A stretch of 64,000 nucleotides of DNA. Source: Macrostomum lignano (Eukaryota). The translations under genes were made by a program, and so were the position numbers. The stretch's first letter is position 1, and every line of letters starts with the position of its first letter. The notes beneath the pieces are model-generated. The model had not been told where the DNA came from. It did no database searches and saw only the letters and a program-made list of their open reading frames with translations. The stretch covers positions 62,001 to 126,000 of the forward strand of contig NIVC01001138.1 of assembly GCA_002269645.1 (NCBI GenBank), given 5' to 3'. Below are positions 46,135 through 58,532 of this stretch, piece after piece.

Positions 46135-47400
46135 ATGGAAGCGTCATGTAAACAATCATACAAGCGTCATGTAAACAATCATAGAAGCGTCATGTAAAAA
46201 TCATAGAAGCGTCATGTAAACAATCATAGAAGCGTCATGTTAAAATCATAAAAGCGTCATGTAAACAATCATACAAGCGTCATGTAAACAATCATAGAAG
46301 CGTCATGTAAAAAAATCATAGAAGCGTCATGTTAAAATCATAAAAGCGTCATAAAAAAATCATAGAAGCGTCATGCAAACAATCATAGAAGCGTCATGTT
46401 AAAATCATACAAGCGTCATGTAAACAATCATACAAGCGTCATGTAAACAATCATAGAAGCGTCATGTAAAAAATCATAGAAGCGTCATGTTAAAATCATA
46501 AAAGCGTCATAAAAAATCATAGAAGCGTCATGTAAACAATCATACAAGCGTCATGTAAACAATCATAGAAGCGTCATGTAAACAATCATACAAGCGTCAT
46601 GTAAACAATCATAGAAGCGTCATGTAAAAATCATAGAAGCGTCATGTAAACAATCATAAAAGCGTCATGTAAACAATCATAGAAGCGTCATGTAAAAAAT
46701 CATAGAAGCGTCATGTTAAAATCATAAAAGCGTCATAAAAAATCATAGAAGCGTCATGTAAACAATCATACAAGCGTCATGTAAACAATCATAGAAGCGT
46801 CATGTAAACAATCATAGAAGCGTCATGTAAACAATCATAGAAGCGTCATGTAAAAATCATAGAAGCGTCATGTAAACAATCATAGAAGCGTCATGTTAAA
46901 ATCATAGAAGCGTCATGTAAACAATCATACAAGCGTCATGTAAACAATCATAGAAGCGTCATGTAAAAAATCATAGAAGCGTCATGTTAAAATCATAAAA
47001 CCGTCTTAAAAATCATAGAAGCGTCATGTAAACAATCATAGAAGCGTCATGTAAACAATCATAGAAGCGTCATGTAAAAATCATAGAAGCGTCATGTAAA
47101 AATCATAGAAGCGTCATGTAAACAATCATAAAAGCGTCATGTAAAAATCATAGAAGCGTCATGAAAAAATCATAGAAGCGTCATGTAAAAATCATAGTAG
47201 CGTCATGTAAAAATCATAGAAGCGTCATGTAAAAAATCATAGAAGCGTCATGTAAACAATCATACAAGCGTCATGTAAACAATCATAGAAGCGTCATGTA
47301 AACAATCTTAAAAGCGTCATGTAAACAATCATAAAAGCGTCATGTAAACAAGCATAGAAGCGTCATGTTAACATAGAAGCGTCATGAAAAAATCATAGAA
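46135..47400. repeat. 23-bp minisatellite (AGAAGCGTCATGTAAACAATCAT)
   Basis: Tandem units. Confidence 0.97.
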
Positions 47401-48349
47401 GCCTCATATAAAAACTAATGAAAGTGTGTCATTTAAAAAATTAAGAAGCATCATGGAAGAATAAAAGAAGCGTAACGTAAAAATCAAAAGAAGCGTCATG
47501 TCAGACATGAAACAAGTGTCATAAAAATTAAATGAAGCTATAGTGCTGTGCTGGGGAGAATCACTGAGACGTCAAGGCTCACAGAGAATAACTGAGATTA
47601 CAGGGGGGTTTCTGAGATGTTAAAGCAAAAGTCAGAAGCTACTTCAAAGTACATGTACTTTACTTAAGTTTTTTATTGCATTCTTTGTTGGCTTGCCACG
47701 GTGGGGGGGGCGCTGATAGAAGAAGAGTCATGTAAAAATAAAAGGAGCACTATGTATACATAAAATAAAAGTCATGTCAAAGTTAAAAGATTCATTTGGG
47801 AATTGCTACGATGTCAAAGCTTGGAGGGAATCGTTATAGTGCTGTGATTCTTAAAGAAGGAATCACTTAAATGCCAAGGCTTAGGGAAGAAGAATTGCTG
47901 TGATTTCAAGGCTTTAGGTTGGGTAAAAGTTAGGTTTACGTCAGGTTTGGGTTGAGGGTTAGATTTTAGCGCGTTTCAAGGTTAACAGGGGATTTTTTAG
48001 ATTTCAAGGTTTATGGGGGGCATCGCTGACATGTCAAGGCTTACGAGGGGAATCTATCTATCTATCTATCTATAGCTGAGATGTCAAGGCTCACGGGGGA
48101 ATAAATGAGATGTCAAGGCTAATGTCAGAAGCTACATGTAGTTTATTGGAAAAAAGTTATTACATTATTTGTTGGCTCCTCACGGGAGGGATCGCTGATA
48201 GAAAAAGCGTAATGTAAAAAAAAGAAGCTTCATGTCGAAGTTAAGAGATTCATTTGGGAATCCCTACGATGTCGAGGCTTGCAGGGAATCGCTTTAATGC
48301 TGTAGTAGTGCTATAGACTCTTAGAGAGAATTACTGAAATTTCAATGCT

Positions 48350-48389
48350 TTAGGGTTAGGGTTAGGGTTAGGGTTAGGGTTAGGGTTAG
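48350..48389 (+). repeat. Interstitial telomeric tract (TTAGGG)6
   Basis: Six perfect hexamers plus TTAG. Confidence 0.9.
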
Positions 48390-48857
48390 AAAGTAGACAG
48401 ATTTTTTAAGATTTCAAGGCTTATGGGAGCATCGCTGAGATGTCAAGGGGGAGTTGATATGTTAAGGCTTGTGGGGGGGATTGCTGACATGTCAAGGCTT
48501 ACACGGGTACTGGTAGCGTACTGAAGCATACTGGTAGAAGTAGCTCTGAAAGAAGGCAAGTATGGTTGAATTTCAATGTCTGTTATAAAATTCTGCACAA
48601 ACATGTTTTATTGGTACATAAGCCTGGAATTAAAATGAGAATTCGATTCCTAGCCCCCCTCCCTAAGAATTTTTTTTCATTTTAAAGGATTCGTCCCTTG
48701 CTAATTGGCCACCCCGAAGGGGGGCGCTAGATTGCTAGTATTTACTTAAATTTTATTCAAGGGGTGGGGACAAAAAGGGGGTGCGGGTTAGGAATGGAGA
48801 GAGCAAAGTCAACTGGAGGTGTGGATGAAAAAAACATGAAGACGAGGTCTGTAAAAG

Positions 48858-50561
48858 TCAGTGCGGTTGGCTGTGCCAGTTTCTAAAGCACTGGCCTATG
48901 CAAAGTGCTGGTACTCCCGGACAATCAGGGCATATGTACACTGTCTTCTTCGCGATTCGGTTCTCGCTGCACACGCGGCATAGATTGCGCGGCCGAACAT
49001 GGGCAGCGTTCAATGGAGCTTTGGTCAGCAAATGCTGTACTGCAGGGCCGTCACCTGCCGGTCCGACTGCTGCAGGACGGCCTGCCCTGACAGCGAAATG
49101 GCGCCTGCCCCTGCCAGTCTCCTCCACCAAGATGCTGACCGCTTTGCGCAGAAACGCCACGAAAGTCTTGGTACCTCCGTGCTGGCGGTAGACGATCCAC
49201 GAGTTCCGAACTAGAAGCAGCAGCAGGTAAAACGCAAGTTTCTGAAACCAGCGCAGCGTCTTCCGGCTGGCCAGGTAGGGGTTCGCTGCCGAATCCATAA
49301 GGTCCACGCCGCCCATACTCTTCGAGTAGGTGACCACTGTCACTGGCTTCGCGATCACCTGCTGCTCGCCTCCCCGACGGACTCGTGGCACGTTCACACA
49401 GGCAGCCTGCCCAGCAGTGTCCAGGAGATACATGGTCTTTGTTCCGCTGCTCTTCCTGTCCACGAACTTACAAGCGAGCACCTCACCTCACCGTTCCTCG
49501 CGAAAGCCGCCGCAGTCGGTCGCAGTTGCAGTTGCTGCAGCAGCTGCGGGACGCCTCGATTGCTGCGCACGGTGCCGGTGAGCCGAGTTTCTATTCGCTA
49601 GCAGCCAAACGGCCAGCCGATGCGACGTGAACCAGCTGTCCGTGAACATGTTATAATTCATGTGCAGGAGTTCACGGCACAGCTCAGCCACAATCGCTCA
49701 CTAATAGAGAGGCCGCCGCACTCGAGTCCCAGTCCAAACTGTGCATTCGCGTGCTCCGTGGAGTGGACTGCGAAATTCCACAAGTAGCCAGTCTCCGACT
49801 CGCACAGGCAGTACAGCTTGACACCGTATCTGCTCCTCTTAGTCGGGATGTACTGCTTGAACAGCAGACGCCCCTTGTACAAGACGAGCGTTTCGTCCAC
49901 GGAAATGTGCTGGCGCGGCATGTAATTGTTGCTGCACACCTGCTGCAGCTGGTGTAGAAATGGCTGGATTTTGGCCAAGGGCCCTCCTGAACATCCGTGC
50001 AGTCGTAGAAACGAAGGCAGGAAAGCAGCTGCTTGAACCTATCTCTCGAGAGGGCATTGGGCATGGATAGAAAGGAGCAATGGAAAACAGGGTCCTGGCT
50101 CCAGTAGCTGCTGATCTCCGGCTTTTTGTCCAGGTTCATCAACAGAACAGCTTCCTCACCTCATCATCTGTACAATCTCTCCAGTTCTTCACCAGCTTCG
50201 TCAACTGCTCTTCGCCAGCGCACTCCTCGAATATCTTCCACGCCCTATGATTCGTCCAGGTTTTCACGCTTGCAATAATTCCATCTGTGAGGTACAGACT
50301 CAGAAACTCCTCTTCGTTTCCATCAGCTGAAGCTGGAGGCCTCCAATCTGGGTGAACCCCTGGTGTTCCCAGAAACTCGGCTTCATTCGGCACAGCATCC
50401 ATTCCAGCCTGAACAAACTGCCACTCTGGTACATCACCAACTTCCTCTGTCTGCATGCCTTCTTCTTCTTATTCCTCCATCAACTCGTCCTCGATTCCAT
50501 CTAGCGACTCCAGCGAGTCGTCATCAGTGAAAATGTCTGCGTATTCGTTTTCAGATTCCAT
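48858..50561 (-). pseudogene. piggyBac (PGBD4-like) transposase, broken
   Basis: ATG at 50561; acidic N-terminus with an in-frame TAA; ISVDETLV, FTDSWFTS, MGGVDLMD catalytic-motif regions; C-terminal CRVC..CPDCPGVPALC..CFRNWH. Several frameshifts; TIRs/TTAA not located. Confidence 0.92.
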
Positions 50562-51339
50562 GGCAAGAACAACGCGAGGAAGCGCAACAGCCAGTGAGAC
50601 AGTAAATATAAAGTTGATAGGAGGCAGATCCAGTGTTCATCTTTTGATATGTTGTACCTTTCTTATTGCTCTATCAATATTCATAAAGCTTTTCGTTCAG
50701 AAATAGTTTCAAAGGCAGATTTCACCGGAAAATACACTACGGAGATAGGAAATTTCACGATTTTCAACACTAAAACAGTGATTGGGTCTCTTAACAGTGT
50801 CAGAGAAAGTTCTAATCACACTATTTTGTGCCTCACATGATGCTCTAACGACGCATTAATCGATTTTTCATGTTAAATTGGTCTGTCACTTGAAAAAACG
50901 TTTAAGATAATGACAAGACCAATTTAACTTTTATATTATTAACTAGAATTCAATGGTCTGCGTTAGCTTAAAAATAGCACAGTCGCATGTAGCTCGAAGT
51001 TTAAGCTTATATAAAGCTTATCTATACCTATAAAAATGAAAACTCTGTGTGTGTGTGTGTGTGTGTCTGTGGCCAATTTTGTTCGCTATGGACTCCCAAA
51101 CCATATAAATATATAAATAAAGTTTAAAATGCAGTTTTTCTTATTTAATATGTGTAACTTTGTAGGGTAAAGTTTTAAAATTCATAAGTTTGTTCAGTCA
51201 AAAGTTATAACAGAGTTGACTTTTGAAACACCCCTGCCACCCGTATTTGGAAAACGTAATGAATTTTAACTTTATCGTGTCTTGAGTCTTCAGTGTCTGG
51301 TAGTAGCTGAATGTCATGCGTTATCCTTCTACGTTGGAG

Positions 51340-51988
51340 CAGCGTCCAGCATCTCTGCCAACGTCCTGCATCTCTGCCCACGTCCTGCATCTCTACCAGC
51401 GTCCTGCATCTCTGCCAATGTCCTGCATCTCTCCCAACGTCCTGCATCTCTGCCAACGTCCAGAATCTCTCCCAACGTCCAGCATCTCTGCCAACGTCCT
51501 GCATCTCTGCCAACGTCCTGCATCTCTGCCAACGTCCAGAATCTCTCCCAACGTCCTGCATCTCTGCCAACGTCCTGCATCTCTGCCAACGTCCAGAATC
51601 TCTGCCAACGTCCTGCATCTCTGCCAACGTCCTGCATCTCTGCCAACGTCCTGCATCTCTGCCAACGTCCTGCATCTCTGCCCACGTCCTGCATCTCTGC
51701 CAACGTCCAGAATCTCTGCCAACGTCCTGCATCTCTGCCAACGTCCTGCATCTCTGCCAACGTCCTGCATCTCTGCCCACGTCCTGCATCTCTGCCAACG
51801 TCCAGAATCTCTGCCAACGTCCTGCATCTCTGCCAACGTCCAGAATCTCTCCCAACGTCCTGCATCTCTGCCAACGTCCTGCATCTCTGCCAACGTCCTG
51901 CATCTCTGCCAACGTCCTGCATCTCTGCCAACGTCCTGCATCTCTGCCAACGTCCTGCATCTCTGCCCACGTCCTGCATCTCTGCCAA
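51340..51988. repeat. 19-bp minisatellite (AACGTCCTGCATCTCTGCC)
   Basis: Tandem units; source of six overlapping repeat ORFs. Confidence 0.97.
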
Positions 51989-52761
51989 TAGTAGACACTG
52001 AAAGACTCCTGAGAACACTTAAATTTATTCCGCTCGTCTAAAAAAACCTCCAGAAACTCTCTGGCAGGAAAAAAAGACGAGCGGCTTCGGACAGACGAGT
52101 GCATTCAGTGTTTATTAATTGGCCAGAATTGAGAACTGTTTAGTTGTCTGAGTACAAAGTCAGTAGCAGTTAAAGGTTCAAGAATCAGGTAAATACCAGT
52201 TTAGTTCAACGTGACATTAGGGAAAAGAACAAAATATTATTAAATAAAATTGCGTTAAGTAATGAAAACAAAGCTGATAGGAAATAGCAAGTCTTACGTG
52301 AAGGTCACAGCATTATTAATCAACCCGGGTTTCAAGATATGGACTTTAAAATGCACGTGCACTACTAATGTTGACAAGTTAATGTCTAGTTAGATTCAGA
52401 GTTACTTAACTCTGACATTTTACACTACTTACAATGTTGTCATCACCAGTAGTATAGTGCTAAATATTATTAATTAACTATTGTACGAATTCAGGTGCTG
52501 AAATTAAGATATGTTGAAAATAGGATAGAATAGATTGAATGAACTGAATAGATGTACATTGAGTCTAATTTTCTAACCCTTCCCCGGCTATTCTGCTAGT
52601 AACTACCTACGAGCATAATATTCCTTTTACCTGTTTATGGTCTTCTAGTTGGCACCGCAGCCTCCTTTTAGCGTTTGAACCTTTGTCCCAAGCGACAAGC
52701 GTCAAGGTTCCCTAGCACGACTGGCCAAGCCCCGCATCAACAAGCGGTTGATCGAATGGCA

Positions 52762-54580
52762 TCAGGTGCCCGAGTCGCAGGCGGCTGAGGCCGACTCCAG
52801 CAGGACGGACACGAAGCCCTGGTCTCCGGTCCAGGTACCATTGGAGACGCAGCCGCCCCTGCAGAAGGAGCCGCCGCTGCCGCCGCTGTGACCGAAGCTC
52901 ACTCCGGCTCCGCCGCCGCTGAAGCCGCCGCCAGCTCCAGCGGTGCCTTTTATCGGGCTCGTCGCACTGCCGCCCCCGCCGCCTCCGCCGAAGCCTCCGT
53001 CGCAGACGCTGCCGTCTCCGGCGCTGCCGCCGACCCAGCCGTCGGCCAGACTGTCGCCTCTCTCTCCGTCCGAGGAGCTCCGTCTGGGGCTGACGGCCCT
53101 GCCGAGCCAGCCGGCACCGCAGCCGCCGTGGTTGCTATGGCTCGGGGTTCCAGAGGGGCTGTTGGAGCCCGGCTGACCGTTGGTGCCGCCGAATCCCGAG
53201 TAGGCGCTGTTGGTTCCCAGGCTGTCGGAACCGTTGACTTCAGTCTCTCCCGGTTTTCCTACGATGAAATAAATTAAAGCGCAGAATAAAACTACTTATC
53301 CATATTGATAATATTTAGTTTTTTTATTTTTCAAGCCTCCAGTGACTGCAGCCACTGAGCTCACCATTATTATTGTAGCAGGCTCCACCGCCCCCACCAG
53401 CAGCCAGCAGCAGCAGCCGGTCGCCCGTCCGGTACACGAAGCTGCCGCCGCCTCCGCCTCCTCCTCCGTAATCCAAAGAGGTCGAGCCGCCCGTCTGGCC
53501 CACAACGATGCTCAGCTGGACTCCGGCCGTCAGGTTGACCCTGGCGCTCACCTGGGCTCCCGGGCCTCCGATGGTGTTCGTCAGGGTGTTGTTGCCTCCT
53601 CTGGCTCCGGCAGCCTCGATCAGGTAGCATCCGCTAGCGGGAGCCGTGAAGGTTTCGATCGATCCGTTTCTGCCCGAGCTGCTGTCTGCAGGGTTCATAA
53701 TGATAAAATTATAATAATTGATTACACCTGCCCCAATGGGCAGCTATTGCGCGGCGCATCTGAAGGCTGCGTACGGCTGTTCAGTCCAAGGACTATTGGG
53801 TCACCACACACACCCTCAATTACCCCAGCTAATGCTGGCACCCATTTTACAGCTGGGTGAACTGAAGCAATGCAGAGTTGAGTGTCTTGCTCAAGGACAC
53901 AAATTGTTCCATTGGGATCGGGAATCGAACTTCCGACCTTCAAGTCGTGAGTCCGACGCTCTAACCTAGGGTCGTGGCCTAGCAGGGGGTGTAGCTATAG
54001 TGGTTCATGCAATGTCCAATATAACTATGGGGTACTATGAAGCTTTGCCAGCAACGATTGTCACAGACATTAAAACAATTCCATATCTCTTGACTCACTT
54101 TTGAGCAGCACTGCAGCCGACGTCAAACTCATCAAGTACTGCTCAAATTCTTCCGCTTTCCACAAAGTCACAGCGCTATCGTGAGGCGAGCCGAGCTGTC
54201 TCGTCACGTGACTTCCGTTTAGGCCGGCGGGCTGTCCCGATGACTCATTGCTGAGGCTGACTGCCCGACAGACTCTGGCGGTCTGGTTCAGCTCGGCGAC
54301 AGCGCAGCCTCGAAGCTGGCACAGCAGCAGGCACTGACTTTCCCAAGCGACTTCGGTCTCGACGAACAAGCTGCTCACAGAGTCACTCAGCTCAACGGAG
54401 CCGCCGGTAATGAATCGATTGAAGCGTTTGCCACCTTCTGCGTTGGTCACTGAAATTTAAAATATCATTTACTGCATACGTTTTGTTTTGCGCCAGAGCA
54501 CCCGACCTTACTTGAACCGAAGCTCTATACTCACCGTTATATAAAGTGAACAAAATCGCAAAAATGAACTCCAAATGCAT
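52762..54580 (-). CDS. Secreted PAN/Apple-like + ALK/LTK-type glycine-rich protein, copy D, 404 aa, 4 exons
   Basis: Exons 54535-54580, 54099-54449, 53365-53685, 52762-53258. First three exon lengths (46, 351, 321 nt) identical to copy B; all phase-1 GT..AG introns; 1215 nt without stops; intron 3 is only 106 bp. Confidence 0.9.
53700..53979 (-). mobile_element. tRNA-derived CORE-type SINE in intron 2 of gene D
   Basis: Same family and intron position as 40505-40785; B-box GTTCGATTCC. Confidence 0.75.
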
Positions 54581-56485
54581 AGCGGAATGAGTTTAGGTTT
54601 AGTTTACGGTTATTCAAATTAGTTTTCAGTTGCGAATGCAAGCCGTTGGTAATTATAAAGATCCGGATGGGTGGTAGGTTCTGCATTTAATGCCGCCTAT
54701 GAACAGCAGCTGCAGCCAATCCACGCTGCAGGATGCATGAGTGATGGGCCGCTTCCCAAGATTCGTTAGCTGCAGCCTCAAGACACCATCAATTTAACAT
54801 ACTCTCGCGTGCAAACAGTGACAGCATTATTTCCCTGTCAAACAGCTGGAGCCATCTGGTAAGAAAATTTTCTTTACCCACATTAAGAATTCCTACAACA
54901 AAGCAGTTGTTGCTGGGTGAATTTTTGTCTTTACTTTTGTTCCGAAAGCAAGAGCTTTGCCAAGAGCGTTCCTATAATTAGATTTGCTGCAATTAAGATC
55001 TCAATCTCAAGATTCTAACGAAAGAAATAAAGTACAATACAATGATAACTACCAAAATTAATGAGAATATTAGCTGAAACCTAAAAATCAATTTAGAAAA
55101 TGACAAGAAGGAAAAACTAAAGCAACTTAGTTTTTCTCTAAATTTCAAATTTTCGTGTTCGTGTTTCTGAAAAATAGACGACACTTATGAATTACTGTTT
55201 AACGTTTTTGACGTACATGTCATTGTGCATGTACACAACCACTGCATGTGTGCGGTCTTTGATCACCAAAATTGTAAATTTATCGTTCGTTGCACCAGAT
55301 TTCAGTTGCAACGTGGTGGCTGCGAAGTTTTCAAGAATACTTGAACACATTCGAGAACTTGGGCGTGGGCACCCTGACGCAACGCCTTCGGCGACATCGT
55401 CCCACAACCAGCGCTGACGGCAATTCTACCCATTCCAATGGTACGCATGTCAGGCACTCACTCATACACACGCTCACACGGGGTGTACATGGCGGCCCGG
55501 GCCAAATGTTTACAAGTACATTTAGGTCCATAGCAGCTAAAATAGTTACAGAAAGTCAACGCTAAATAAAAAGTTCTAGATGCAAAATTAATCTGAATTT
55601 CGTCTGTTAGATTATTCGGATCGAGATCGATCGCATTATTTAATTTCAGTGTGCAACTGAGATAAATATAAATGTTTATTATATGTTAATAGGAAGTTAA
55701 TAGGAATTTATTTTCAAACAGTCGCAGACCTCCTAAGATTATCGAATAAAATTCAAATTTAACGCCAACATTTGAAGTTTGAAGAAATAAAAAAAATTCA
55801 ATACTTTTTAAATTCATGAATTTTGGCGCGTATTTGATTTTTTTGGATTTACATACATAACGGATCAGTCCGTTACCCGATAATAACTCAGTTATTAGAT
55901 CTTAAACATATATAATATTAGAAGTAACAAAAGACTAAAAATTTTTCTTCATCTTACGGCTTGATTATTGCGCAAGGAAATTAGTAGCCCCAACGTTATT
56001 AAAAATTAATTTCAAACATGGATAATAATTCTGTAGGTGCTACAGTGACTAGAAATGACATCAGAATGTACGCTCGTAACTGCCCAAACTGAAAGACCTT
56101 CGAATCTCGTTCACACTGATTTGGAGAAGGGGTTAAAATAAACAAAATTTTAGCTGTTTAAACTGGCTGACTAGTTAGTAGTGCAGTTAGGATATAGTCA
56201 ATTTTTTAGTTTTGAGAAAATTAAAAACTTGAAATTGGATAAATATGAACAATAAAAATGAGATCCAAACATGGCAATATTTTTGAATTAAAAATTAATT
56301 CACTGCATTAGTCTAAGCAATATTGCTAAGTGTTGCTTTGAAGTAAATAATGCATAATTCGATGACTAAGTGTAAGAAAAATGTGACATTTTGCAAACTA
56401 TAATAGATATAAACTGAAAAGTTTAGTAAAAGAAAATTAAAAAATCACTGTTATTAAAGCTCAAACGAAATTTTCTGACTAATAC

Positions 56486-57380
56486 AACAGGTGACACTCT
56501 CCGTCTAACAGGTGACATTCTCTGTCTAACAGGTGAAATTCCTATCTAACAGGTGACACTCTCTGTCTAACAGGTGAAATTCCTATCTAACAGGTGACAC
56601 TCTCTGTCTAACAGGTGAAATTCCTATCTAACAGGTGACACTCTCTGTCTAACAGGTGACACTCTCTGTCTAACAGGTGACACTCTCTGTCTAACAGGTG
56701 ACACTCTCTGTCTAACAGGTGACACTCTGTCTAACAGGTGACACTCTCTGTCTAACAGGTGACACTCTCTGTTTAACAGGTGACACTCTGTCTAACAGGT
56801 GACACTCTCTGTCTAACAGGTGACACTCTGTCTAACAGGTGACATTCCTGTCTAACAGGTGAAATTCCTACCTAACAGGTGACACTCTCTGTCTAACAGG
56901 TTACATTCCTGTCTAACAGGTGACACTCTCTGTCTAACAGGTGAAATTACTATCTAACAGGTGACACTCTCTGTCTAAAAGGTGAAATTCCTACCTAACA
57001 GGTGACACTCTCTGTCTAACAGGTGACACTCTCTGTCTAACAGGTGACATTCCTGTCTAACAGGTGACACTCTCTGTCTAACAGGTGACACTCTCTGTCT
57101 AACAGGTGACACTCTGTCTAACAGGTGACACTCTGTCTAACAGGTGACACTCTTTCTAACAGGTGACACTCTGTCTAACAGTTGGCACTCTCTGTCTAAC
57201 AGGTGACACTCTGTCTAACAGGTGGCAATCTGTCTAACAGGTGACATTCCTGTCTAACAGGTGACACTCTCTGTCTAACAGGTGACACTCTGTCTAACAG
57301 GTGACACTCTCTGTCTAACAGGTGACACTCTGTCTAACAGGTGACACTCTGTCTAACAGGTGGCACTCTCTGTCTAACAG
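56486..57380. repeat. 19-21-bp minisatellite (TCTAACAGGTGACACTCTCTG)
   Basis: Tandem units. Confidence 0.97.
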
Positions 57381-57824
57381 ATTCAACAAAGAATATAAGC
57401 AATCACAAATATATACAAAAAAGCAACAACAACGGAAGAAAAAGAATGTTTACATGAGTTTATAATACACATGACAAACCCATTCGACTACAACGTGAAG
57501 CTTGTACAGCAATACAAATCGACTGTTCATTTTGACTGTCTACTTTCTCAAAAAAGTGAAATAAATTCGCATGCAGCAAGGAATGAAGTACAAAAAAAGT
57601 TGAAACAATGCCTTTATTGCACAAAGATTATCAACCAAGCTACATGCTAGGAAAATGTCAGTTACTAATACAAAGATTCCACTAGAGCCTACGATTTGTT
57701 GATAAATATAATATTGCAATCTGTGTGTGCCTGCTGTGCAAGAATAACTTAACAAACACAATTTATACATTTATTTTGCAAAAAGCAACTGCCAGTGAGT
57801 CGATTTGATGTGTGAATAGAAATA

Positions 57825-58350
57825 GGGGGAGATGGGGAAGGAGAGGGAGAGATGAGGAAGGAGAGGGAGAAATGGGGAAGGAGAGGGAGATGGGGAAGGA
57901 GACAGAGATGGGGAAGGAGAGAGAGAGATGGGGAAGGAGACAGAGATGGGGAAGGAGAGAGGGAGAGATGGGGAAGGAAGAAGGGAGAGATGGGGAAGGA
58001 GAGAGAGATGGGAAAGGAGAGAGAGATGGGGAAGGATAGAGAGATGGGGAAGGATAGAGAGATGGGGAAGGATAGAGAGATGGGGAAGGATAGAGAGATG
58101 GGGAAGGAGAGAGGGAGAGATGGGGAAGGAGAGAGGGAGAGATGGGGAAGGATAGAGAGATGGGGAAGGATAGAGAGATGGGGAAGGATAGAGAGATGGG
58201 AAAGGATAGAGAGATGGGGAAGGATAGAGAGATGGGGAAGGATAGAGAGATGGGGAAGGAGAGAGGGAGAGATGGGGAAGGAGAGAGGGAGAGATGGGGA
58301 AGGATAGAGAGATGGGGAAGGAGAGCTATATGGAGAGGAAGAGAGGGAAG
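57825..58350. repeat. 18-bp GA-rich minisatellite (GAGAGATGGGGAAGGATA)
   Basis: Tandem units. Confidence 0.95.
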
Positions 58351-58532
58351 AGAATGAGATCACGGAGAGAGAACATCACAGATGTTAAAAGGTAGATCGG
58401 AGATGCAAAGAAAAAGATCAGAGGTAGACAGACTATCTACTTCAATACCTGCGATCGATAACAGACCAAATAGATTCGATCAAGACAGTTCAAACCTGAA
58501 GCATACTTCAGTTCCCAAAATCTCCAATGAGC

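Noticed and set aside
50873-50929. 17-bp inverted repeat upstream of piggyBac as its TIR
   Set aside because: Both arms are local (a hairpin) and no partner TIR with TTAA was found downstream of the transposase.
51205-52104. Overlapping 200-300-aa ORFs on both strands
   Set aside because: 19-bp minisatellite artefact.
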